Of a stretch of DNA of 53,453 bases, positions 38,549-49,113 are shown piece after piece. The notes below the pieces were generated by a model. It was given only the letters and a program-made list of their open reading frames with translations, ran no database searches and was not told the origin of the DNA. Each line of letters starts with the position of its first letter. The stretch's first letter is position 1. Made by a program: the position numbers and the translations under genes. This DNA comes from Pseudomonadota bacterium. Lineage in GTDB: Bacteria > Pseudomonadota > Alphaproteobacteria > MPNO01 > UBA830. Location of the stretch: the NCBI GenBank assembly GCA_036339975.1, contig JAYYZV010000071.1, forward strand, positions 1-53,453. Direction: 5' to 3'.

Positions 38549-40243
38549 ATGACAGTTTATAAGCAAAGTTATGCGAGCGGCACATCAGATGTGCCGTTAA
38601 TTGGGTCGACCATAGGTGTGCAGTTCGATGCCGCTGCAGAGAAATGGGGCGACCGAGACGCACTAATCGTGCGGGAACAAAACATCTACTGGTCTTGGTC
38701 GGACCTGAAACAGAGAGTTGATGATTTTGCCGCCGGACTGATGGATCTCGGCTTGCAGCAGGGGGACCGCATCGGCATTTGGTCACCGAATAATTCGGAA
38801 TGGACAATCACCCAGTTCGCGGCGGCGAAGGCCGGGTTGATACTAGTCAATATAAATCCGGCCTACCGGCTGGCTGAACTTGAATATGCTTTGAACAAGG
38901 TCGGTTGCACTGCACTGGTCTCGTCCGTGGCGTTCAAAACCAGCGACTATCTTGGCATGATCCGTGAGCTCTCACCGGAGCTCGAGTCTTCTCCGCCTGG
39001 CAAACTGAAAGCGGAAAAATTGCCATCACTACGTCACGTTATCCTCATCGGCGGCGAACATACACCCGGCACCTATACCTTCAGAGAAATCGTTGGCCGC
39101 GGCAAGGAGATCGGTCACGCAGCGGTCGAGAACCTGGCGCCAAAACTACAGTTTGATGATCCGATTAACATCCAGTTTACGTCAGGCACCACCGGCGCGC
39201 CAAAGGGTGCCACCCTTACGCATCACAATATCCTCAACAATGGATTCTTCGTTGGGCGAGCGCAGGCGTTGGAAGAAAATGACCGTATCTGTATCCCCGT
39301 CCCACTGTATCACTGTTTCGGTATGGTGATGGGAAACTTGGCGTCCGTTACACACGGCGCGGCGATGGTTTATCCCGGCGAGGGGTTCGATCCGCTGTCT
39401 ACGCTGCAAACCGTATCGGCTGAAAAGTGCACGGCACTCTATGGTGTCCCTACGATGTTTATTTCTCAGCTGCAGCACCCCGAATTCGACGAATTTGACT
39501 TGTCTAGCCTTCGTACTGGAATCATGGCGGGATCGCCCTGCCCGGTGGAAGTGATGAAACAGGTAATCGAGAAGATGCATATGCGAGATGTCACAATCGC
39601 CTACGGGATGACTGAGACTAGCCCGGTGTCCACCCAGACATCATTAGAAGACCCAGTAGAACGAAGGGTGTCGACAATTGGCCGTATCCAGCCACATCTG
39701 GAAGTGAAGATCATCGATGGCGGCGGCCACATCGTTGCGCCTGACGTGACCGGCGAACTATGCACCCGCGGGTACTCTGTCATGAGGGGGTATTGGGATG
39801 ATGTCGACCGAACAGCTGAGGCTATTGACGTTGGTGGCTGGATGCACACCGGCGATCTAGCTACCATGGATCAGGCTGGATATTTCAATATCGTGGGGCG
39901 CATCAAGGATATGGTGATCCGCGGCGGCGAAAATCTTTACCCCCGGGAAATCGAGGAGTTTCTCTACCGCCACCCGAAGATCGCCGACGTCCAAATTTTC
40001 GGTGTGCCCGACGACAAATATGGTGAAGAGCTGTGCGCCTGGATCAGGCTGGCCGACGGTGAGGAGGCGGAAGAAGCTGAAATTTTGTCGTTTTGCGAGG
40101 GTCAGATAGCACATCAGAAAGTGCCGCGTTATATCCGGTTCGTCGATAAATTTCCCATGACCGTCACCGGTAAAGTACAAAAGTTCGTCATGCGCGAGCG
40201 TATGATCGAAGAGCTGAAACTGTCTGAAGAAGGTATGACGTAG
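38549..40243 (+). CDS. Acyl-CoA synthetase (AMP-binding, medium-chain/ACSF2-like)
   Basis: [55 protein letters not shown]. Confidence 0.92.
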   Translation: MTVYKQSYASGTSDVPLIGSTIGVQFDAAAEKWGDRDALIVREQNIYWSWSDLKQRVDDFAAGLMDLGLQQGDRIGIWSPNNSEWTITQFAAAKAGLILVNINPAYRLAELEYALNKVGCTALVSSVAFKTSDYLGMIRELSPELESSPPGKLKAEKLPSLRHVILIGGEHTPGTYTFREIVGRGKEIGHAAVENLAPKLQFDDPINIQFTSGTTGAPKGATLTHHNILNNGFFVGRAQALEENDRICIPVPLYHCFGMVMGNLASVTHGAAMVYPGEGFDPLSTLQTVSAEKCTALYGVPTMFISQLQHPEFDEFDLSSLRTGIMAGSPCPVEVMKQVIEKMHMRDVTIAYGMTETSPVSTQTSLEDPVERRVSTIGRIQPHLEVKIIDGGGHIVAPDVTGELCTRGYSVMRGYWDDVDRTAEAIDVGGWMHTGDLATMDQAGYFNIVGRIKDMVIRGGENLYPREIEEFLYRHPKIADVQIFGVPDDKYGEELCAWIRLADGEEAEEAEILSFCEGQIAHQKVPRYIRFVDKFPMTVTGKVQKFVMRERMIEELKLSEEGMT

Positions 40244-40327
40244 GGCGGCATGCCGTTGCTGCTACAAATTATAGGTAGTGAATTAACGGCGTTGTAATTG
40301 CTGTCAGGGCATGTCACACCGCGCGCC

Positions 40328-42253
40328 ATGTTACAAATTGACAACCTCAGCTATCGAATTGGACCACGGGTACTGCTCGATAATGCGACGGCTGCCGTAT
40401 CGGTCGGTCACCGGGTCGGGCTTGTCGGGCGTAACGGTACCGGCAAGACAACACTGTTAAAGCTGATCATGGGTGAGCTTGACGCTGATAGCGGGTCCAT
40501 CTCGGTGCCGTCGCGCTGGAAAACCGGCATCACCCGTCAAGAAGCCCCGGGAGGGACCGGCTCATTGGTGGATGCCGTGCTGGCGGCGGATTCCGAACTG
40601 AAGGAACTCAGTGCCGAAGCTGAAACTGCGACCGATCCGGATCGTATAGCGCGCATCCACGAACGACTCACAGAAAAAGAAGCGCATAGCGCCCGGTCGC
40701 GGGCTGCTAGGATCCTTGCCGGTCTTGGCTTTGACGAGACGGCACAACAGAGACGCCTTAATGAATTTTCCGGCGGCTGGCGTATGCGCGTGATGCTCGC
40801 GTCGCTGCTGTTCACCAAACCTGATCTATTGCTATTGGATGAGCCAACCAACCACCTCGACCTCGAATCGGCGCTGTGGTTGGAGGAATATCTGTGCCGT
40901 TACGACGGCACCATTTTAATCGTAAGCCACGACCGTGGCCTATTGAACCGGGTTGCGCAGGAGGTTCTGCATCTCGAAAATACCCGCCTGACCCTGTATC
41001 GGGGCGGCTACGACCGATTTGAGACGACGCGCCGAATGCGGCTGGAACAGAACGAACGCGCCCGTGTTAGGCAAGAAACGCAGCGCGCTCATATTCAAAA
41101 ATTTGTTGATCGGTTCCGTTATAAGGCAACAAAGGCCAAACAGGCGCAGTCGCGGATCAAGATGCTGGAGCGGATGGAACCAATCCCAGAATTTTCCGAT
41201 GGTCCACCTGTCACATTCAATTTTCCCGACCCCAATCCGCCCCTATCCCCCCCACTTTGCAGTATTCTAAACGCTGCTGTGGGATATAACGGCTCGCCGG
41301 TTCTAAAAAACTTGTCTCTGCGTCTAGAGGATGATGACCGCATCGCTTTGATTGGTGCCAACGGTAACGGTAAGTCGACCTTGATGCGGCTTCTGGCCGG
41401 GCGTCTTCGAGAACTGTCCGGGACGGTGACCGTGGCGCCCAAGCTGAGGGTCGGCTATTTCGCCCAGCATCAGGCCGACGAGCTGGACCTTGAGGCGACG
41501 CCGGCTATCGAACTTGGCCGCAGACGGCCCATCGACAACGACGAGAAGATCCGCAGCCAACTCGGACGTTTCGGATTTAGTCAGGAGCGGGCAGACACAC
41601 GAATTGCCAGCTTGTCGGGTGGCGAGAAAGCCCGCCTCCTTTTCGCTCTGATGACCTGCGATGCGCCTCATGTTCTGTTGCTAGACGAACCGACAAACCA
41701 TCTAGACGTCGATTCCCGACAGGCCTTGGTTCAGGCGATTAACGGGTTTTCCGGCGCCGTGGTGATTGTCAGCCACGACCCGCACGTATTGGAATTGACC
41801 GCCGAAAGATTTTGGCTGGTCGCGAATGGTGGCGTCCGAACTTACGACGGCGACCTCGCAGAATACCGTGCGCTGCTTCTAGGTAATGAGAAGAAAGTCT
41901 GTGAAGAGACTTCGCCGGCTGTGCCCAGCATTTCGGACGCCGGGCCCATCGACAAACGGGACCAACGTCGGAAAGCCGCCGAAAAGCGCCAGGCTCTAGC
42001 GCCACTGCGAAAACAGGTGACCCGTATAGAAAGGAACGTCGCTAAACTTCAGGCGGAAAAGGAAGAGATCGAGCAAAAGATGGCCGACCCTGCACTCTAT
42101 GGGGGGGACACCAACATGGTCGTAACACTGCAGAAGGATCTAGCCTGGATTTCCCAAAAATTGGTCCAAGCCGAAGAAGACTGGTTAGCAGCGCAGCATG
42201 AACTAGAAGCCTCGGAGGGGGTGGGCCAGAACGAAGACGGCAATACTCCGTGA
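40328..42253 (+). CDS. ABC-F family ATP-binding protein (YheS-like)
   Basis: Two ABC domains (GRNGTGKT/FSGGWRMR/DEPTNHLD and GANGNGKS/LSGGEKAR/DEPTNHLD). No TM segments, C-terminal coiled coil. Confidence 0.94.
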   Translation: MLQIDNLSYRIGPRVLLDNATAAVSVGHRVGLVGRNGTGKTTLLKLIMGELDADSGSISVPSRWKTGITRQEAPGGTGSLVDAVLAADSELKELSAEAETATDPDRIARIHERLTEKEAHSARSRAARILAGLGFDETAQQRRLNEFSGGWRMRVMLASLLFTKPDLLLLDEPTNHLDLESALWLEEYLCRYDGTILIVSHDRGLLNRVAQEVLHLENTRLTLYRGGYDRFETTRRMRLEQNERARVRQETQRAHIQKFVDRFRYKATKAKQAQSRIKMLERMEPIPEFSDGPPVTFNFPDPNPPLSPPLCSILNAAVGYNGSPVLKNLSLRLEDDDRIALIGANGNGKSTLMRLLAGRLRELSGTVTVAPKLRVGYFAQHQADELDLEATPAIELGRRRPIDNDEKIRSQLGRFGFSQERADTRIASLSGGEKARLLFALMTCDAPHVLLLDEPTNHLDVDSRQALVQAINGFSGAVVIVSHDPHVLELTAERFWLVANGGVRTYDGDLAEYRALLLGNEKKVCEETSPAVPSISDAGPIDKRDQRRKAAEKRQALAPLRKQVTRIERNVAKLQAEKEEIEQKMADPALYGGDTNMVVTLQKDLAWISQKLVQAEEDWLAAQHELEASEGVGQNEDGNTP

Positions 42254-42358
42254 TCACCCAATTATTCCAGAAGAATGAACGTCCTTTGCCCTGTGCCTCG
42301 CCCGCGGATCTCAAATATGCTAATCAGATCTATCGGGACACCTGAATAGGAAGATGAC

Positions 42359-42976
42359 ATGATCGATCTCTACGCCGCACCCACATCCAATGGGCTGCGA
42401 GCAAAGATCATGCTGGACGAGACCGGGCTTGATTACACCCTTAACCCGGTGAATTTGGCAGAAAATGAAAACAAGACCGAAGAATATCTGGCAATCAATC
42501 CTATGGGGCTCATTCCGACAATCATTGATCCTGATGGGCCTGATGGCGAAAAGATCACTCTGTCTCAATCGCTAACAATCTTGACTTATCTCGCTAAAAA
42601 ATCGGGAAAGTTTTTGCCTGATCATCTCGCGGCAGATATGGTTTTCATGCGAAATACGATGTCGATCGCTACTGACATGACTGGCGTTTTGATGGCGATC
42701 ATGACAATTGGCCGCATGAAAGACCCCCATCAGCCGACTATCGATGAGTTCGGTGCCCGATTTAATCGATATTTAAAATACTGGAACGGGTTGCTGGCCC
42801 GTCAAAAATATGCAGGTGCGGACGAGTTATCTATCGCAGACTTCGCGTTCTACCCCGTCATCTTTCGCGCCAAGGAGATTGTGCCGCAATTCACTCAGGG
42901 TTGTCCCAACATAGATCGTTGGTACGGGGAAGTTGGCGCCCGCCCTGGAGTGCAGAAGGGCTTGGATTTTAGCTAA
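42359..42976 (+). CDS. Glutathione S-transferase family protein (YfcG-like)
   Basis: MIDLY..PTSNG, INPMGLIPTIIDPDGP, SIADFA, ARPGVQKG. Confidence 0.88.
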   Translation: MIDLYAAPTSNGLRAKIMLDETGLDYTLNPVNLAENENKTEEYLAINPMGLIPTIIDPDGPDGEKITLSQSLTILTYLAKKSGKFLPDHLAADMVFMRNTMSIATDMTGVLMAIMTIGRMKDPHQPTIDEFGARFNRYLKYWNGLLARQKYAGADELSIADFAFYPVIFRAKEIVPQFTQGCPNIDRWYGEVGARPGVQKGLDFS

Positions 42977-43008
42977 ATATAAACGATGGAAAACGAGGAC
43001 ACAGATAA

Positions 43009-43923
43009 ATGAAAATTGCCGTTCCAGACCTGATTTCCAATTCATATCTGCCGGCGCCTGCGGCGGTCGAACTAGGCTTCTTTGAAAAGGAAGGCTTAGA
43101 CATGACCTATGAACTGATATTTCCGGTTGATGACGCCAATAAAGCGCTGAGGGACGGCAGGGTCGATTTCGTCGGTGGTTCAGCTCATTCCACGCTTGCC
43201 GGCTTTCCGGAATGGAACGGCGCAAGGCTGGTCTGCGCGCTGTCACAGGGTATGTACTGGTTTCTGGTGGCTCGCAAGGACCTGAATATAGCACTTGGTG
43301 ATGCACAAGCGTTGAAGGGGCTTAATATCGGTGCGGCGCCCTGGGTCGATCTGGGCCTTCGGGCTTTATTTAAAGCTGAGAATATCGACCCCGACAAAGA
43401 CGTCAATATCGCGCCCATACCGGGTACCGTCATGCCCGGTGTATCGTTCGGTGTGACGGCTGCTGCGGCGCTGGAGGACGGGAAGATAGACGCCTTCTGG
43501 GCCAACGGCATGGGTGCCGAGGTCGCGGTTACTAGGGGCGTTGGTACCATCGTTCTCGACCCCCGTCGCGGCGTCGGCCCGTCGTCGTCGTTTAATTTCA
43601 CCCAGCCCGTACTTGCGACCACCCAGAAAATGATTGACGATCAGCCTGATAACGTGGCCGCTGCCGTGCGTGCAATCGTGAACGTACAAAAGGCCATGAA
43701 GGAAGACGTTGGCTTGGCCACGGAGGTTGGCCGGAAGAGTTTTCCCGAGGCCGAGGCCGCGCTGATCGCGCAGGTTGTCGAGAGAGACCTCCCGTTTTAC
43801 GATTCAGCAATCACGCCGGAGTTTGTGTTAGGGATGAATACATTCTGCCGGGACATGGGCCTGATGGTAGGGGATCCGGCCTTCGAAGATGTGGTGGCTA
43901 CTCAGTTCAGTAACCTTTGGTAA
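43009..43923 (+). CDS. NMT1/THI5/TauA-like solute-binding-fold protein lacking a signal peptide
   Basis: AVELGFFEKEGLD, ALRDGRVDF, LKGLNIG, ALEDGKIDA. In-frame TAA directly before the ATG. Confidence 0.82.
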   Translation: MKIAVPDLISNSYLPAPAAVELGFFEKEGLDMTYELIFPVDDANKALRDGRVDFVGGSAHSTLAGFPEWNGARLVCALSQGMYWFLVARKDLNIALGDAQALKGLNIGAAPWVDLGLRALFKAENIDPDKDVNIAPIPGTVMPGVSFGVTAAAALEDGKIDAFWANGMGAEVAVTRGVGTIVLDPRRGVGPSSSFNFTQPVLATTQKMIDDQPDNVAAAVRAIVNVQKAMKEDVGLATEVGRKSFPEAEAALIAQVVERDLPFYDSAITPEFVLGMNTFCRDMGLMVGDPAFEDVVATQFSNLW

Positions 43924-44269
43924 GGTCTGTTTAATAATAAAATGCGGGCTTTCTATATATCCTTGGAAATAGTGGCCCCGGCGAACCTGTCTGGGATGTA
44001 GAGAGCCGCCATTGAGTGGCGCGATCGGTTGCCAAACAGATTATTCTGTTTCGCTCCGTTACTGGCCCAAGACCTCGTTGTAGATCAAGACGCTATTAAG
44101 ATTTTGCAGACGACTCCGGTGTTCGACACCGATAAGATGTTCATTCAGAAAGCGTGCTGCGCAGGATGCATAGAGACAACCAATCGCAGAACTTGGTTGT
44201 AATTCCATGCCGACTATAGCCCTGCGCCTGTCATCCGGTATATTTGGAGCCGAGATAAGGGAGCATGAA

Positions 44270-45649
44270 GTGACAGCCAGTTTCAAATCTAAATCGGATC
44301 CAAAAACGGTTCCTGTAACGCCGGTGGAGACGGCAGTCTTCGATGCCTGGCTGAAGCGAGAACCTACTGAGATTCGGGCATGGGTCAAATCGTCCGGTTT
44401 TACGGCGAAACCTGGCCAAATCAGTTTGGTCTCGGGACGGAACGGATCACTCTCTCGCGTTCTGCTCGGCGTCGAAAATCACGACGGCATGTGGGATTAT
44501 GCGGGTCTACCGGCGAACCTTCCCGCCGGTAGTTACCAGATCGATGCCCGTATGGCGCCTGATGAGGCAACCGCGGCGGCAATAGGTTGGGCGGTCGGCG
44601 GATACCGTTTCGATATCTATAAATCCACAAAATCCCGGAAGTTACCGGCCCTCGTATGGCCGGCTCGCGCAGACAAGACCCGGGTCAAAAGCATGGCGGA
44701 CGCGATTTTCCTTGTGCGGGATCTTATCAACACCCCGGCTGAAGATATGGGTCCGTCGCACCTTGCCTCGGCGGCACGTACGCTGGGCAGACGGTTCAAG
44801 GCAGATATAAAAATTATTAAAGGCGATGCACTTCTGAAACAAAATTTTCCTACTATCCACGCGGTCGGGCGGGCCAGTGATGATCCACCTCGGCTGATTG
44901 ACCTGAATTGGGGAAAGAAAACCGATCCCAAAATATCGATTGTAGGAAAGGGAGTGTGTTTCGACACGGGTGGTTTGGATCTTAAGCCTGCCGCCGGCAT
45001 GCTCCGGATGAAAAAAGATATGGGAGGTGGCGCACATGCGCTCGGCCTCGCCAGCCTGATCATGGCTCTAAAGTTGCCGGTCCGTTTGCGCGTACTGGTG
45101 CCCGCAGTCGAGAACAACGTTGCTGGCAATTCAATCCGGCCACTCGACGTTATTAAAACGCGCAAGGGTACCACCGTAGAAATCGGTAATACAGATGCAG
45201 AGGGTCGGTTGGTTATGTGTGATGCTCTAGCGGCAGCGGATTCTGAAAATCCCGACATGATCATCGATTTTGCGACACTTACGGGTGCCGCGCGAATTGC
45301 GGTCGGGACAGAACTTGCGGCGATGTTCTGCAACGATGACGCGCTTGCGGCTGACCTCCAAAAAGCATCGGCTTCGGTAGAGGACCCGCTGTGGCGCCTG
45401 CCGCTCTGGCAGCCATATCGAAAGCTACTCGACAGCAAGGTAGCCGATATCAATAACGTTTCTGAAGGAGGGTTCGGCGGCGCCATTACGGCAGCGCTAT
45501 ACCTGCAGGAGTTCGTCAGTGAAGATACACCTTGGGCCCATTTAGATATTATGGCATGGAATACCACACCCCGGCCGGGACGCCCTGTCGGGGGCGAAGC
45601 GCAGTCGCTTCGGGCGGTCTTTGAGATGCTGGAAAAACGGTATCGCTGA
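44270..45649 (+). CDS. M17 leucyl aminopeptidase family protein (PepB-like)
   Basis: VGKGVCFDTGGLDLK, MKKDMGG, NTDAEGRL, DFATLTGA. GTG start after AGGGAG. Confidence 0.94.
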   Translation: MTASFKSKSDPKTVPVTPVETAVFDAWLKREPTEIRAWVKSSGFTAKPGQISLVSGRNGSLSRVLLGVENHDGMWDYAGLPANLPAGSYQIDARMAPDEATAAAIGWAVGGYRFDIYKSTKSRKLPALVWPARADKTRVKSMADAIFLVRDLINTPAEDMGPSHLASAARTLGRRFKADIKIIKGDALLKQNFPTIHAVGRASDDPPRLIDLNWGKKTDPKISIVGKGVCFDTGGLDLKPAAGMLRMKKDMGGGAHALGLASLIMALKLPVRLRVLVPAVENNVAGNSIRPLDVIKTRKGTTVEIGNTDAEGRLVMCDALAAADSENPDMIIDFATLTGAARIAVGTELAAMFCNDDALAADLQKASASVEDPLWRLPLWQPYRKLLDSKVADINNVSEGGFGGAITAALYLQEFVSEDTPWAHLDIMAWNTTPRPGRPVGGEAQSLRAVFEMLEKRYR

Positions 45650-45663
45650 TCGTTAGGGGGTAA

Positions 45664-46143
45664 TCATCTGTCGAGATGGCGCGACTCGATCTGATCGAGC
45701 AGCCCCTTTGATGCAATTTCGATCATCTCGAAAACCCGTTCAAACCCGTCTCCTGAACCGTAATAAGGGTCGGGTACATCACTGATGCCAGATTCGGGAG
45801 CGTACTTCATGAGCATTTCTATTCGCGATTGTAGCCCAGACGGACATGCTTGGTTCATAGCCGTATAATGACCCGCGTCCATAGCTAGCAGCAGGTTGAA
45901 AAATTTAAAATCTTGCGGTCGGAGGATTCGTGCCCGTTGATCACGAATATCAACGCCGTGGGTGAGAGCGGTTTCAGTTGAACGGGTATCTGGCGGATCG
46001 CCGGCATGCCAGGAGCCGATTCCTGCAGAATCCGCTTCGATACGGTCCGTTAGACAGCGTTCCGAAAGTAAATTTTTGAATATGCCTTCGGCGGTTGGTG
46101 ATCTACAGATATTTCCTGTACAGACGAACAATACTCTGAACAC
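45664..46143 (-). CDS. Low-molecular-weight protein-tyrosine phosphatase
   Basis: VLFVCTGNICRSPTAE, DSAG...WH.G, DVPDPYYG. Confidence 0.94.
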   Translation of the reverse strand: MFRVLFVCTGNICRSPTAEGIFKNLLSERCLTDRIEADSAGIGSWHAGDPPDTRSTETALTHGVDIRDQRARILRPQDFKFFNLLLAMDAGHYTAMNQACPSGLQSRIEMLMKYAPESGISDVPDPYYGSGDGFERVFEMIEIASKGLLDQIESRHLDR

Positions 46144-46395
46144 GCGAGGCCTCCGTGTCTAGCTTGGGATTATAATAGCTGCTTCACAACTGAAATGCCT
46201 CATGTCCGACGATTTCAATACTCTTTCAATCTATTCGCAGTTGCCGTTGGCAGCGATATTCGGGTTTTTTCTACTCGGCCAGCTTCTTAAAATTTGGTTC
46301 ATACCGGTAGCTGCGCTAATCATCAGGTGTCGCTATTATCCTCCGTTGAGTGAAGTACGCCGGCGCCGGGCCCAAAACGAGGCAGAAAGAAAAGC

Positions 46396-47259
46396 ATGAA
46401 AAACCCGGCGATGGCGCCTGCGGTTATCGGCCTTCTGTGGATGAGTGGAACCGCCGCCTGCTATGCTGCGAGCTATGTCACCATGCGTCTACTCTCGGAT
46501 GACATCAGTATCTACGAGATTACATTTCTGAGATCAGGCATCGCCTGTCTTTTTCTCGGCCCTTGGATTCTAGTGACGCGGCCGACCGCCATCAGGGTGA
46601 CCCGGTGGAGACTCTACTGGACCCGGTCTCTTGTCACCTATGCTGCGATGATGTGCACGGTATACGGCATCGCGCATGTGACGGTCGCGGACGTAACTGC
46701 ACTTTTGCTGGCTTCACCTCTATTCACGGTATTGTTTGCGGCAGTGTTTCTGAAAGAGCGGGTTGGCATTTATCGCTGGGGAGCGCTAATCGCTGGGATT
46801 GCCGGGGCGTTGCTGATTATCCGGCCCGGTTTTGCCGAGATTACTTTCGCCAGCTTTGCTGGATTGTTAGCTGCTTTTGGTTACGGGATCGCAAATGCTG
46901 GGACGAAGGCGCTAACATCAACCGATCATCCGGATGCGGTCGCATTTTGGATGTACGCTCTGATCATTCCTATTTCGATCATACCTGCAATCTGGACTTG
47001 GACTACGCCCAGCTGGGATCATTGGCCGATGATCATCTTTCTGGGTCTTCTAACGATGTTATCGCAGTACTGCATGGCAAGAGCGTTTCGTGTTGCGGAT
47101 ACTAGCGTGGTACTTCCTGCACACTATCTGCAGATGCCATTTGCGGCCGGTCTTGCATTTCTGGTGCTGGCTCAGGTGCCATCCGCATGGGTTTGGCTCG
47201 GGGCGGCAATAATTGCGGCCAGTGCCTATTACACGGCGATACGCGAACGCCGCCGATAG
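46396..47259 (+). CDS. DMT/EamA family transporter
   Basis: Ten TM-like segments. EITFLRS, FLKERVG..RW, LLIIRPG. Confidence 0.9.
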   Translation: MKNPAMAPAVIGLLWMSGTAACYAASYVTMRLLSDDISIYEITFLRSGIACLFLGPWILVTRPTAIRVTRWRLYWTRSLVTYAAMMCTVYGIAHVTVADVTALLLASPLFTVLFAAVFLKERVGIYRWGALIAGIAGALLIIRPGFAEITFASFAGLLAAFGYGIANAGTKALTSTDHPDAVAFWMYALIIPISIIPAIWTWTTPSWDHWPMIIFLGLLTMLSQYCMARAFRVADTSVVLPAHYLQMPFAAGLAFLVLAQVPSAWVWLGAAIIAASAYYTAIRERRR

Positions 47260-47383
47260 ACCTAAAACAGGGTGTATCCGCGCATCCACCCGCAGTGGAA
47301 AAAAAGGCCAGAGTTACGGGATGGCGTGGATGCATAGACACCAAAGCTATTATGACTGATGCTTTTGGTTAGCCCGAAGGTCT

Positions 47384-47782
47384 TTATCCTGCCGCCTTTT
47401 CCAAGCGTTCCATGTCATCGTCCGACAAGCCAAAATGATGTCCGATTTCGTGAATTAAGACGTGCCGTACTAATTGACTTAGATCTTCATTGGTTTCGCA
47501 CCAGTAGTCCAAAAGCGCCCGTCGGTAGAGAATCATCACATCAGGTTCGGTCGGCGAGGCGGCTTTTTTCTCGCCGATAAGAGCCCCATTATATAGCCCC
47601 ATCAGATCGAAGGGGCTCTGCAGCCCCATTTTTTGTTCCGTGGCTGTATCCGGGAAATCGTTGACACGGAAGACGATATTGGAGGTAAGCTGTCGGAAAT
47701 CCTCGGGCATCTCGTTAAATGCGGCGCGGGCGATCACCTCGATATCGTTTGTTGAAGGAGGAGTGGTGAAGGATGCGATCAT
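47384..47782 (-). CDS. Minimal zincin metallopeptidase family protein
   Basis: DLMGLY.G, ILYRR, VRHVLIHEIGHHFGLSDDD (HEXXH). Confidence 0.9.
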   Translation of the reverse strand: MIASFTTPPSTNDIEVIARAAFNEMPEDFRQLTSNIVFRVNDFPDTATEQKMGLQSPFDLMGLYNGALIGEKKAASPTEPDVMILYRRALLDYWCETNEDLSQLVRHVLIHEIGHHFGLSDDDMERLEKAAG

Positions 47783-47856
47783 AAGCGCATAATTACCTTC
47801 CCTTGAACGTTGAGCCAAGTAGCTCCAATTTACACGCTAATCGAATGGAGGATCAC

Positions 47857-48162
47857 GTGGTCGAGAAACTCACGGGCGCAGCGCGTCAGGAAGCCCTACG
47901 ATCGCTTGTAAATTGGAAAAAAGTTCCGGGCAGGGACGCGATTTTCAGAGATTATCTCTTTGCCGACTTTAACGAGGCATTTGATTTCATGACGCGCGTC
48001 GCGATCGAAGCGGATAGGATGGATCACCATCCAGAATGGTTTAATGTTTATAACCGGGTGTCAGTCACATTGACGACGCACGATGCCGGTGGCCTTTCGG
48101 AACATGATGTCACGCTAGCTAAGTTCATTGACAGCATTTACGAACGAGAAGCGTCTACCTAA
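47857..48162 (+). CDS. phhB: Pterin-4-alpha-carbinolamine dehydratase
   Basis: [34 protein letters not shown] start after GGAGG. Confidence 0.92.
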   Translation: MVEKLTGAARQEALRSLVNWKKVPGRDAIFRDYLFADFNEAFDFMTRVAIEADRMDHHPEWFNVYNRVSVTLTTHDAGGLSEHDVTLAKFIDSIYEREAST

Positions 48163-48219
48163 TTCTCGATGACTGGAAAAACCGTAAAACAGCATGCCCA
48201 CTTTATGGAGACTTGGAGC

Positions 48220-49113
48220 TTAATCGGCTGACGGATTATTTCGCGCCTCGTGGCGCGTAATGTATAGGGTTGCGCCAACGATAATGAGCGCGCCTATACC
48301 AGTCCATATATCGGGAATCTCGGCAAAAATTGTGAAGCCTGCGATAACCGCGAATACCAACCGTATATATTCCATGGTGCCCATCAGGCTGGACTCGCCG
48401 ACTGAGAAACCGCGCACGAAGAAATTCATCGCGATGGCCGTGAACGTTGCTATTAGGCACAACAATAGCCACTCCATCGGAGTTGGATCTACCCAGACAT
48501 ACATCGCTGGATATACAAAAATTAGTGCGCCAAAAATGTGATACCAAAATAGTATGGTCCCTGGCGGGTCTTCGCGCGCCAGTACCCGAATGATAATTAG
48601 GCCTGACGCAAATAAAAATGCGGTGAACAGGGCGATAAACCAGGCGATATCGATTTCCCCGCCGAAGGGCCGCATCATTATTATTACGCCCCCGAACCCG
48701 ATGATCGTAGCCCCCCATCTGTGACCACTCACTATCTCCTTAAGGACAAATATCGCTAGGATGGTCAGGAACAGCGGGCGGGTGAAAGTCATGGCAGTTG
48801 CGTCGGCCAGATGGAGGTGGATGACCGCAAAAAACATCCCAGCCTGTCCCAGAGAGGCGACGATGGCACGAAAGAAATGGAGTTTTAGACGCTTAGTCCG
48901 CAGGCGTTCTGGGCCGGTGCGAATGAAAAGTGGAATCAAAAGAAGGAAGCCAACCACGTATCTAAATATGGCCATCTGGGCCGGATGAATTCGTTCGCCG
49001 GCGAGTTTCACTGCGATGTCGTTGAGCACAAAAAAAGCGGTACCCATCACAACAAAAATAGCACCGCGCATATTTGGCGGCAGGGCATGGAACCGAGAGA
49101 TTAGCGCGTTCAT
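48220..49113 (-). CDS. DMT/EamA family transporter
   Basis: LADATA..F..P, LKE, GFGGVIIMMRP, FAEIPD. ATGA overlap with the upstream gene. Confidence 0.9.
   Translation of the reverse strand: MNALISRFHALPPNMRGAIFVVMGTAFFVLNDIAVKLAGERIHPAQMAIFRYVVGFLLLIPLFIRTGPERLRTKRLKLHFFRAIVASLGQAGMFFAVIHLHLADATAMTFTRPLFLTILAIFVLKEIVSGHRWGATIIGFGGVIIMMRPFGGEIDIAWFIALFTAFLFASGLIIIRVLAREDPPGTILFWYHIFGALIFVYPAMYVWVDPTPMEWLLLCLIATFTAIAMNFFVRGFSVGESSLMGTMEYIRLVFAVIAGFTIFAEIPDIWTGIGALIIVGATLYITRHEARNNPSAD

Noticed and set aside
44059-44388. Minus-strand ORF upstream of the aminopeptidase, possibly a decayed regulator
   Set aside because: The resemblance is too faint, there is no recognisable HTH, and the ORF overlaps the aminopeptidase start.
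44617-45567. Long antisense ORFs (316 aa here; also 21876-22604, 11326-11931, 30433-31011, 8046-8609)
   Set aside because: They are shadow ORFs opposite or overlapping well-supported genes in GC-rich DNA, with no motifs.
31217-46143. Arsenic-resistance system from the aquaporin plus LMW-PTP
   Set aside because: The genes are about 14 kb apart, there is no arsR, and the phosphatase has PTP-type CTGNICRS and DPYY motifs.
46202-46399. 65-aa ORF before the DMT gene
   Set aside because: It lies in a divergent promoter region with no SD or recognisable features.
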